A DNA stretch of 49,691 nt, taken from Klebsormidium nitens. Taxonomy: Eukaryota > Plantae > Klebsormidiophyceae. Location of the stretch: positions 96,741-146,431 of the forward strand of contig DF237153.1 in NCBI GenBank assembly GCA_000708835.1, given 5' to 3'. Within the stretch, counting starts at the first letter, position 1, and every line of letters starts with the position of its first letter. Positions 36,301 to 46,144 of the stretch are shown here, one piece after another. The position numbers and the translations under genes are program-made. Under the pieces are notes generated by a model. That model did no database searches, was not told where the DNA came from, and saw only the letters and a program-made list of their open reading frames with translations.

Positions 36301-39300
36301 GAGACTCAGAAACCCGCTCATTCAACATTCCTCGGCGTTGTCTTGGACTGATTGAGTCGGCTCAGATTTTGAAACACCGTTTCTCCCGGAAGACCCCGAA
36401 GTTTTGTCGACCACTGCTGATATTTAGATTTCAACCGCAGATCATGCGTGCTCTTCCTTCGAAGCTGTTGGGCTGTAGAGATCGAGCAATAGACTCAAGG
36501 CAAAATGATTGAATGGCGAGTCTCGTCCCAGGACTTGCCAGAGTTGTCCGTGAAAAGCATGCTGTAGGATATGCCAAGGAGTTCGGTGGAGTCACCTGCG
36601 TCAGGGTCTCTTCTAGAGCGTGGTTGGCAGCGTCGCGTATTTGGTGGTTGACGTGATTGCTGCGAACCGATATTTGGTGGTTTATGTTGTAGTCGGGACG
36701 TCAAGCAACCCTTCTGCTCGTTGAGACATTTCCTTCTTTCCTATCTCGTTCTGAGGAAAAGCTGTGATTCGCATAGGTGACGACACAGGCGGCAAAAGCA
36801 CATGCGGCCATCAGTATGTACCGCTGGAATGATCTTCACACTCAGTAACGACACGAGAAGGGTCAAGAACGCACCTGTATCTTCGAAAATACTCAAAAAG
36901 CATGTCCGGATCTGACGACTGCGCTGCGGGGTCCTTCCTCATGATGTCCTTCAGCAGTCGTCGGCGGAAGAGACTCGCGTGTCGGGACAGTAGTTTCAAG
37001 GCGGCTGCCAAAGGAAGAAAGGAAAGCGATGGTTCAGAAAGCAAGCAGAGGTGGCAGCCCTCTTGAAATTTTGTATTTCAAAAGGATCCGCAGCATACCC
37101 TGCGTTGGCGTAGGAACAGAAAGAATGGTTTCTTACGCGTGCAAGCTTACTTGCAGATTTTGCAAAATCTGCAAGAGAGATGTCAGACAAAAACTTACAT
37201 CGCAGGACGGCATACCGAGTCAAGTCGTCCTTCTGAACGATGTCTGTGACGCACTTGTACAGCAGTTGCGCATTCTCTTGCGAACCTGGAAAATTGAAGC
37301 AGCAACAGGAGTTAGCAAAAACGTGAGAGACGAAGCTGTTCTAAACCATAATCCGTCGGGAAAATTGAAGCAACGGTCTAAATTGGAACGAGACAGTGAA
37401 CTGCGACTATGCTACTGCTCTGCTTATACATTCAAATTGAGGGCCTCCAGCTTGTCCGAACTATCTTATCAGTCTTCCCTCTCGCTTTCCGAACTCGAAG
37501 ATCTGGAAACGCAGACTTCTTAAATCGCTTTTCACTTGGTGAACGTTTAGCAGCGCCTGATTCCATCAATCGCCTTTCAACTGATTGACGAAGACCAATG
37601 CACCCAAAAACGAAGAGAAGAAGCACGACTACGAATGGGTAAACATTCCGTGAAGTTTTCTTCCAGCAAGTCTTCTAGTGAGGTGCGTGTGGTGCCTCTG
37701 AATCTTCATGCAGTAACTAAACAAGCTCGCCGAGCACCGTCAGAGTAAGGGCTGACCTCCTGGGAACTCCCCCTCATCGCAGTGCGTCAGCAGGGACGTC
37801 ACACAGTCGAGTATCCCAGCCATGACCAGCATCTCCGGCTTATCTGACTTGGCCTGCGCCATCAGATTGGTCAGCGCCAAATTCATGATTGGCGCAATCT
37901 GGTCGTGCAGTGCCTCAGGAAAGTACTCCACGAGCAGGCCCAGCATGACGAAGGTATTGGACTTGACTGCAAAGAAGCGGAGGAAGAGAACAGAATTTGC
38001 GTTGGTCATTTAGTTTTGCGCATTTGAAAACAGTGATTGGGAGTGACTTGAGTGAACTGGATGGCACCTACTAACTAGTGACCTGCTTGCAGAGGTGTGC
38101 GATCTCAGTACTTGGGCTTATAAAGACAGATAGGAGATTTCGTGGGAGGATCATATCCACGATTGAATGAATCTGAACGTTAGTGAGCTGTACAGGCTTC
38201 AAAATGATGGCATGACAATAAAGCAAAAAAGCGTTGGTGCTTGACAGTTGTTGACTCCAAAAGCTGATCCGAAGGGGAGATGTCTTTTCAGAAGCAATAC
38301 CTTAACCAATCGCCAAAGTGAAGAGGAGCTTTCAGAGCGCAGTCATGATCAAGCCTTCAGACACATTCCCAATATCTTCTCATCAGATGTCTCAGCGTGG
38401 CTCACGCGTTGCTGTTGTCATCCTCCTGTAATCCCCAAAGTACTGCCGTCCCATATCTGCTGCTGCGAAGTTCTCTGCAGTGACGAGCGGCAGCTGCAGC
38501 CTTATGATGAGAAACAGTGGGTCGAAGGTGTTGGCCTTTGGGGAGTTGGAAGTTTCCCGGCGGTACAGGTCGTAGCATTTCTTCTGCAATTTCAAAGGAA
38601 TGATCCTTCTGGTTTTCATGATTACTAATTTCTTAGCTTGGCCGCCGAAGAGTAGAGGGGCATCTCAGGCTAGTCTAGCAAATATCAAGACGCTATTTGG
38701 TAACATCAACAATATCTTCCTTTGGCGCAAATCACATTTAATCTATGCACCGTGGTATGTGAGAGGAACTGGAGAGACTTCACCAAGATGCTGAGACTCG
38801 TGAGCTTGATGCTCCACAGTCCACTGAACAAACACACTCAAGTCGCCGACTCAATGAAGCTAAATTGTCATTCCTGGCTTAGCCCTCTGTCAAAGTAGTG
38901 GCAGCTTTGTGACAGAACACACCTCGAACTTCTGGTGTCCAATCCCAACCGAGACCTGTGGAACAATATTTCATGTACGGGAATCACATTTTGAATTCGC
39001 TCTGAAAACTGTTGAGACATACCACCAGGTTCTGTCTTAGGGCACTCGATCAACAGAACTGATGAAGCAGTGGTGGTATCACTCCTTGATAGCCACACAG
39101 TAACAGAATTTGTGCAGCTAAGAAAAGGATGTAAGTGAATCAGAAAAGGCTTACCCGGATAAACAGCGCATATGGGGCAATGCGGTCTTTCACTTTCTCG
39201 ATGTACTTTGCCAGGAAGGCAAGAGCCTTTTCTCTGGGCTTCGCCAATGCTTTTTCAGGAAGAGCAGCCTCCAGGAATGCAAATATACCACTGTCTTCAT

Positions 39301-39466
39301 CGAAAAGGACTGACGAGGCAAAAGCTAGCTCGTCTTCAGAGGTCAGATTGGTGCACAGGTCTGCAATATCCTCCACACGACGCACGAGCTCTTCGGCTGA
39401 GCCTAGGCTTCTTTTCACTGCGTCCTCGCGCAATTCGGTCAGGTAAAAAACCAATGTCGTCTCCAT
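6199..39466 (-). CDS. PRKDC: DNA-dependent protein kinase catalytic subunit (DNA-PKcs), 44 exons, about 4,200 aa
   Basis: Hand-spliced exons in transcript order: 39155-39466, 38406-38583, 37757-37966, 37199-37285, 36875-37004, 36596-36659, 36222-36284, 35453-35628, 34816-34933, 34244-34379, 33591-33929, 32998-33124, 32413-32611, 31332-31543, 30656-30905, 30032-30221, 29390-29544, 28822-28893, 28347-28489, 28059-28122, 27130-27346, 26437-26652, 25562-25846, 24558-25100, 22631-24123, 21405-22133, 20674-21102, 20088-20342, 18932-19155, 18116-18377, 16554-17681, 15901-16021, 15363-15472, 14786-14896, 14209-14432, 13505-13816, 12050-12907, 11382-11592, 10027-10647, 8856-9242, 8255-8486, 7625-7798, 6733-6912, 6199-6300. 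Phases agree at all junctions; one base must be restored in exon 35 and the N-gap length adjusted in exon 37. ATG in GCGGCATGG context. Motifs recalled from human DNA-PKcs: [95 protein letters not shown], and FATC. Confidence 0.96.
7799..8254 (-). other. GC-AG intron (PRKDC intron 41)
   Basis: CAG|GCAAGA donor joins VMTVLQ to [17 protein letters not shown] in phase 0, with the spacing expected from the DNA-PKcs kinase domain. Confidence 0.85.
9421..9572. repeat. Intronic tandem duplication, about 80 bp x2
   Basis: tagt(c/t)aagccac(t/g)gcacca(a/g)gtacgttct...tatgtttct(c/t)tgcgaggagggggga starts at 9421 and 9501. Confidence 0.85.
12644..12663. other. Assembly gap (20 N) inside PRKDC exon 37
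   Basis: Run of 20 N next to a C homopolymer; the coding frame shifts across it. Confidence 0.98.
14075..14205. repeat. Imperfect intronic duplication, about 57-60 bp x2
   Basis: ggggagg(a/t)tt...gagagcccacatg occurs twice just downstream of the exon-35 donor. Confidence 0.6.
14618..14708 (-). repeat. Degenerate copy of the exon-34 3' part and donor site
   Basis: gcagtctcatcttgaaagcg...agccgcagatacgggtccc versus gcagtctcaccttggaagcg...agccgcaggtacgggtccc at 14776-14826. The donor in the copy reads ATGAGA. Confidence 0.72.
14897..15362 (-). other. GC-AG intron (PRKDC intron 33)
   Basis: CAG|GCAAGC donor joins ...VDESLEQ to VTEYDAHG in phase 0. No good GT alternative was seen nearby. Confidence 0.75.
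17199..17555 (-). other. PRKDC: ABCDE-like S/T-Q autophosphorylation cluster of DNA-PKcs
   Basis: 16 SQ/TQ dipeptides in about 120 codons, located between [13 protein letters not shown] and the YRPD motif [12 protein letters not shown]. Includes the IRATQ signature. Confidence 0.85.
19245..19540 (-). repeat. Two intronic copies of the exon-29 acceptor and exon start
   Basis: [17 protein letters not shown] (19329) and [16 protein letters not shown]-like (19537), compared with the true [17 protein letters not shown] (19155). Confidence 0.85.
22366..22407. repeat. Perfect 21-bp tandem duplication
   Basis: aggtcacaaagcttgggctga x2 in PRKDC intron 25. Confidence 0.9.
25115..25255 (-). repeat. 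About 75-bp tandem copies of the exon-24 acceptor and exon start
   Basis: tgcagACGAGA...CTC..GA...C.GCTCC..AG.CTAAC starts at 25249 and 25177, compared with the true start at 25100. Confidence 0.82.
27347..27710 (-). repeat. About 120-bp tandem array: three extra copies of the exon-21 start (two retain an AG acceptor)
   Basis: GTGAACGT(G/C)(A/G)CGTCCATGCT..GCC.GCT recurs with copy starts at about 27464, 27587 and 27707. The true exon starts at 27346. Confidence 0.88.
30906..31331 (-). other. U12-type (minor spliceosome) AT-AC intron, PRKDC intron 14, 426 nt
   Basis: 5' end ATATCCTTTC; branch motif TTCCTTGAC (30925-30917); 3' end gtgcAC at 30906. Splicing gives GLSYQPLA. Confidence 0.92.
31765..31970 (-). 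repeat. Two intronic copies of the exon-14 acceptor and exon start
   Basis: cagGCGAGCCCCTTCCTGGGCGTCCCTCCCGGCGACCGCGAGCAGTGCACGGAGC at 31967 and a diverged copy at 31855, compared with the true exon start at 31543. Confidence 0.9.
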
Positions 39467-42400
39467 GCCGCCAAGTGCAATGTCTGTGCAGCTGCTTGCT
39501 AAAACCACTGCACAGCGTCGGTCCCTGCAACCAACTGCATGCAATTAATAATGTCGCTAGTGACTAGGCCCGTCCACCTTGTGCTCTTAGCTCACCCTGA
39601 GCAGGAGTCCGTCAAGGAGTCGCCCGCCATTACACGTTGGTCAGCTAGAGCATGAGGGCTGGGTAGGACTTGATGAGCTCCAGCTCCAGCTCCAGCTGCG
39701 TAACTTGTGTTCAGGAAGAAACACAGATCAGTGAACACAAAGCCTGAACACAGAACTCTGCATTTTCCACCGGTCCGTCACCTGAGTACGATTCCTCCCG
39801 GGGAAGCAACACTGCCGTTTCGAAGCGCCGGTCTTCTTCTCGTGTGTACCTTATCGCCCTTCTTGTGTGAGTAATGCCCGCCGTTTATGCTCACGGCCCA
39901 AGCCGCATTTATGGCCATGCCCGGTCGACTTTGACCCGACCGGGCAATCTGTCTTGACACTCGGGCTTGTGATGACTTTTCTTCAAAGGTGAACTGATCT
40001 TCTCCAGTCGCCCTCCGAGTCCAGGCTCCATACAGCCTTCAATTCAAATGCTGGTCCAGGAGGGGTGAAACTTTCAGAGCTCAGCGCTCTTCTTTCTTGA
40101 GGCCACCTCAAAATCCTCTCCTATGTATTTATCTCACAATTAGACGCTAGAGCAATGTAAGCTGTTGCTGATTGTGGGAAGCCAGTAGGAAGGGCGCTTT
40201 GGCTTCTGTTCGTCACGACCGTAGGATTCGGCCAACACTAGTTCCACTATAGTGACTCCTTCAAGCCACCTTCGTCATGGGGCCCGGCACAAAACAAGTT
40301 CTGGCCAGACCGTTGACCGTTGAGCTTAGGAAAAGGCAGCTAACCCAAGCTATATCTTGCTTCATTGCAGTCAATGCAGCTTCTGATCATTGTAAAGTTG
40401 TTTTTCAGACATGTAAGATCAGGTTTGCATTGACCGTACTAGCTAGCATACATCAAGCGCAGCTTCAGGCAATTGGGGTGCAGAGGGGAATGGCCAGGGC
40501 AACGGGTGCCAAAATTCAGGGCTGGCTAACCTCTTTACAGAATGTGAGACATTGAGAGGCCGGTGATTGTGGGAGCCCTATTCAAGGACATTTGGGATCT
40601 TCAAAGTAGCTCAGCAAGCACCGTCATAGCATTCTCGCATAAGGCTCTGTGTGCCTTGGCCCCATGCCAGAGGATGCACGTGGTCACGAAGGCATGGCAG
40701 GTGTGTAAGCTTGTTTCATTCTGATGCTTCTTCTCCTTTACTCATCTACTTGAACCTTCTTAAGCAGCGCCTTTTCTAGTGGTCAATTTGGTATTCAATT
40801 GCAACATTGAAATTGCAATTTGTGTTCTTACTTTTCTCGAAATTTTGAGCAAGCAAGGGGTGTGCTTCCTCAACCACCAAACTTAAGCAAGCAGACAACA
40901 CTCTCAAACCAGCTTCGAAAGGGATTGGGGCTATCGATCTATTCTATCTGATGTGTCTTTATCTTATGAAATATGTAGCGGAGGATTGTTGGACCCGCAA
41001 TCGTTCTGTATGCAAATCCCCTTCTCTTGCAATAGATTGCTCCAAGTGACTTCCCAGGCTTGCGCTGAGACCTGTTTCGCCCAAATGTCTGACCATCTGG
41101 CTAACATAATTCTGGTTGTTTGGTCTGTGATCTCTCCCTTTCTGTCCTGGAGAAGCCAGTTCACATTCTTTTATCCGCAGTGACTGTCTGGTGCACACCC
41201 AAGTGGTTATCAGGGCCCCAAAGGTGGAACCTACAGATGTGCCCCTGTTCCTTTTTCCCAGCATAAAGCTGGACAGATGAAGCTGAACCAGACGTATGCA
41301 TACTGTTTAAGCAACTGTAAAGGTCATTGAATACAGCAGGAAAGAGACTTACCCTGTGGAATTCAAAATCATTCCCCAAATTGCCACTCATTCTGCTGTC
41401 CCATCCTGCTGTCCGCTGAATTGCGAACTCGCCCTTCATGAGTAGCAAGTATGTGAAAGACTTTTCTGCAAGTCGTGGGCTACAAAGAGAAAATCTTGGA
41501 AAGGTTTCGCAAAGCGCGTGTTTGTGTGGTGTTCATTGATTGGGGACATTCCTGAGCTGTGACACTTGACAGCATGTACACGGAGTCGAATACTTCGTCC
41601 GATTCTAGAAGGTGGAAGGCGGATCTTCTTATTGCTTCGCAACTGGGTTCCAATTGGACGTTGATCAGGCACGTCCACTTCATGCGATTAATGGTCCAGC
41701 GCAGGGGATTGAACTTCGACATCCTTGGATCTGGAAAAGATTCAAACCAACAAGTGCTCGTTTTCCGAGCTTTGACGTCCGACTTGACCAGGTCAGAGGA
41801 CATCGTGTCACATTCTGAGCCGCAGCCGCGCCTCTTCAAAACCAGACTCTCTGAACACCGAGCCAAACCGGACCAAACCCTCTGAAGGCACAACCAAACA
41901 CTAGGACAAAAGCAAAAGTGCCATCGTTTAGATTCTTCCGAAACACAGCTGCACGTCTTCTCTGCAGGTCTTCGACGAGTCGTGCCCCCGTAACTACCTG
42001 GTCCATGCCCTCGGCCCGTGACTCGAGCCCGCCAAACGCAAGAACGCTGCGTTTAATTGGAAGACCTGGGTACTCCGACACGTGAACGAAGTTTGCAAGG
42101 CGAGGGTGGTGACCGCAAGGTACATCTTTGCAGAAAAAAATGTTCATCGACTTCATCATTCTTTGATCGAGCAAATGTTCTTACCTGCAGTTTCGGGCAA
42201 ACATTCTTACCTTCATTCGATGGACGTTTCCAAAGACCTGCCACTGATGATTTCCGTCTCAATGGACCTTCTCATTCTTCAAGCAAAAAAGGTGTTCACT
42301 ATGTCTCGTTCACCATTTGGAGGCCCGTCCAAGTGCCTAATGAAACTTCAGAAAGATTGAGGTTTCTCATGGGCGTTTCAAATCCAAGTCGAAGCAGACA

Positions 42401-43222
42401 AGACCAGCCAAAACGGAAAACTGAACCTAGTGTTAGCTGTGCCACTGAAAGCGTCTTCAGGCTATGGCAGCGACCATACCGTACTGTAAGAGGGCCTCCT
42501 GATGTCCGAAATTGCAACAAGGCCCGGGCTAATGTGTTCTCTAGCCGCCCATGCTTGTATGGGGTTCAAGTTGATGTTTAAGATGCGAACGTAAGTTTTC
42601 TTCGTTGATCCTACAGTAAGGGGAAAATGTCGAATCACCGTCCAGGACTCTGATTTGTTCGATGGTTCCGCAAATAAACTTCGTCTACTCGTTGAAGGCC
42701 CTTTGTAGTCGAGTACATACTAAAGCGTTGATCCTTATGCTCCTATGGCGTTACTTCGGCAGCGTTGCTTTCGAGACTTAGTCAAGGACATTAGGGCTGA
42801 GACAAGCTAACACTTTGAGCTTTATGTGCAGAATTGTCTTTCCGTATTCGTCGCACACGCCAAGGTGACCAAGAGGCCTGACATCGTTGAACACGTGAAC
42901 GCAAAACTTTGCAGATAACAGGTAAGGGACCGTCACTTCAGAGAATTACCAACGCTTGTTTCTATGGGTTCTGGCAGCAGTACTTGTTTCCCGCTGACTC
43001 TTTGACGAGGATTGGCGGACGCCCACGCTTTTCAAGGCCTGTAGGACTTAGAGACCTCGAATCCGAACAGGTGACACGTGTGGACAGGCCCAGCTTGATA
43101 TTGACATGGCATTCTTAGCATCAAAGTCTGGCCAAAGAAAGCACCATGCGAGGTTGACTCGACTAAGACGTCCACTTCGCAGAAAAAGGCCTCCAAAGAA
43201 CATCCCCCCTGGTAGATGCAGA

Positions 43223-43735
43223 CTACTTAAAGTCCTGATGATGCCGCTTCTGCACCAACGGCTCTTTCCTTTTCATTCTATTGACAGGGACTTCAATCTC
43301 TTGCAGATCAGAGTACAAAGCCTTGAACAAGCGCACAGCTACGGTACACGCCAGTAAACCGAGACGTCGGTTGTAAAGAAGAAGGTGAGGCCACATATCT
43401 CTTGTGAACGTAACTTGGGGATCTTTTAGGGCCTTGGACATACCTCCTTATTGCTTGTATCTGCAGCTTGCATGCCTCTTCGACAACGTACCTCCTTTGG
43501 TACGAAAGTTGGCATCGTCGAGTCTGCCGTCCTCCCTGGCCTTCGTGTCGAGTTTGACGAAGCCACCGGTTTCAACGTCTTCCAAAGCAAAGAAGAGCCC
43601 CTTTCGCGTCCAGACTTCTGGCCCGCCCCTTGAAAGCACCGAGGATAGCTCTTTAATACGATCCCGCCTTCTTCAAATGCAACTTAGTAGCCAGGCGTAC
43701 TTTTCAGGCACGTTTTCCTTCAACCAGACAGCCGC
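43223..43735 (-). pseudogene. Possible decayed coding relic of unknown identity
   Basis: Three supplied ORFs (43673-43861, 43448-43639, 43223-43441) share one frame, giving 171 codons with only 2 internal stops after a cag acceptor-like site. No family recognised. Confidence 0.25.
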
Positions 43736-46144
43736 CTGGCGAGTGAAGGAGATTGCTTGGACCAAGCAGTACGTACTAGGACATCGGGAAACAGTAGATT
43801 GCTTTCGAATGATCTGCCTGCCACAGAGTCTTGCTGGATGATGTTGGGTTGAATTAAACATCCTGTTCTCACCCTGCCAGGTGCTCCGCTTCGTTCTTCT
43901 CCCTCGTCACTCTCGCCATCTCTCTTCGCAGCTCCACATACCTTGTTTGGATACAGCTACAGACCTGCAATTTGACAATACCTACTGGCCTTATGCTGTT
44001 GTCACGTCCTGCCAAGGGTCCGTCCTGTAAACGTCGGTCTTTTCAGATCAAATTCAAGAATCCAAGATTTTATGGTGGTATCATGCTGCTACTGCCTGTC
44101 AATCTCAGCATCTAGGTAGCGACCACGGAGGCACCCAACAATTCTCCCTACGGATCGACAGTGTATACCGTACGTCAGCTGGTTGTGCTGCCTTTGTTGA
44201 AGATTAAAAGGATAAGTCCACCTGTATAACCGGCAGCTGAGCCTTTGACATACGGTACGGTATACTGACCTCTTTTTCCCGGAGCGACCGCCCCATGATT
44301 GAGGGTTGCAACCCAAGCTGCAGGAACAGCCATCACTGCTGTATGAGCCGGGTGTGGCTATGCATGCCACTTATACTTCCTGACACACGTGTGCTGACTT
44401 TGTCGAGGTTTTCTTTCTTAAGCGGTACGAGATGCACATCATGACCAGACCAATCTGACCGGCCTCTCCTTGGACGCAGGGCGCCAGCTGGCCGGGTCCA
44501 TAATGAGTGGCGGACTTTGCGGCATGCGGACCAGGTCGCGACCTGCTTGTGCGATAAGTCGCAGTTCTACGATGAACATCACGCTCTCTGAATACCGTAT
44601 TATAAGGTCGAGCCCGGGGGATGGTTGGGGCTAGGTCTGGGTTAGAGAGGGTTCAGGTGAGGAGCGAGTTCAACATCTGGGTTAAGGTTTTTAGTTTGTC
44701 TGTGCCCGGTAACTTGACCAGATGTTATCCAAAGAGCTTATCATTCACGGGATCGGGACAGTATGATAAGATATAAGGGTGGGGGGCTTCAGGTTGCTGG
44801 TTCCGGCGGCCCGTGCATTAAAGTGCATGCAACATAGCTGGGGCAATTATGGTTTTTTGGTGTTGAGGAAGAAAACAAATAAGGTGCGTTGGAGTCTATT
44901 ACATTCTCCGCTGAGCTAGGGCCTACTCCCGAGCCCAGAGGTCAAATTGTCAGTCGCAAGGTTCGTTACAGTGAAGGGGTACCAGGACAGAATACCGGGC
45001 ACTGTATCCTCTTGGTATGATCCTCTTGAATTTGTAGCTTTGACACCAAGATCCGTAAAGTACGGAGCTCGTCGAATGTACGGAATACGAGCTTACGCAT
45101 TTTCTTTCTGTGATTACGCAGGGTGGCGCGTGGCAGACTCCTGGACCGTCCGGACATGGGCTGCGCGACGCTTCATAAGCTATGCCGCTGCGGACCCGGC
45201 AGTCAGAAGCACCCTTACCTAATACTCAAGCCGTGAGTACAAGGTAAGATGTCAGCCTTATAAGCTGTTTCTAGGCCTAAGTGCAGGCATTCGGCTCAAG
45301 CATTCCTGGAATGGAGCGTACTAGTGCAGTCTGACCGTGTGACAAACATCCGAGCACCTGGGACCAGTTGGTTTATCAGTAAAAGGGGCTTGGCTTCGTT
45401 TACGCTACCTGCAGCAATAATGTGGCACAACATTAGAGGTCGTTCGGACAAAACCGGTATGGCTGCCAAGACTGGTCTCCAGCAGCAGCTACAATCTGTA
45501 CATCACCGAGCACAAACTTTGTCCGCCTTTCTGGTCCAGCTGATCAGCGACCAGTGCCTACGCATAAGACTCGAGGCCATCAGACTCCCGCTGTGCTAGA
45601 TATTTCTACAAGCAGGCAGGCATACCTATAAGTGCTAGAGCCCCCTGCATGGCGGGTTTGACAGACAAAATCACCAGCAGCTACCCAGGTAGCAGCTCAT
45701 GTCGCCATGACATCGGCTGGCTCCTTATGAGAATGGCGCGGCTGATCCGCCGGCCTATCCAAAGGGCTCGGGCTCGTGCCACCATCGGCCAGCTGCATTG
45801 CGCTGAGCTTCGGGATGAGCGCAATGTGGCACCCCTGCTTCTAAAGTCACTCCCGCGTTTCATTTCCACAGAAGCTAGGGTGGCATTCCCAATCGTCCCT
45901 CCAACCAAGTCCAGTTTGCCACCAATGCAGCTATCAGCCCTGTGATCCAACAACGCGCCCTAGTTTACTGTTCTGCGCCGCTCGCTGTACAGACCCTGGC
46001 GACCTTGTCCGCAAGGCGCTGATGCACAAATCTAAGCACGCGTCCCCCTCGGCAGTGTGGCCAGCTTTCAGCTCCATTTGCCGATAACCTCGCGTTTGGC
46101 AGAAGAGAAGGACTTACTAAAGTCACTGCCTTGCACTTTTTTCA

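Noticed and set aside
6199-39466. Alternative identity as TOR, ATM, ATR, SMG1 or TRRAP
   Set aside because: DNA-PKcs-specific motifs ([29 protein letters not shown], YRxGxLPDIQI, QATDPN...GW.PW) are colinear along the whole protein.
44430-45950. Possible MITE or terminal inverted repeats, and ORFs 45649-45945 and 45681-45953
   Set aside because: Only about 10-nt matches between putative ends, no target-site duplication found and no transposase-like motifs.
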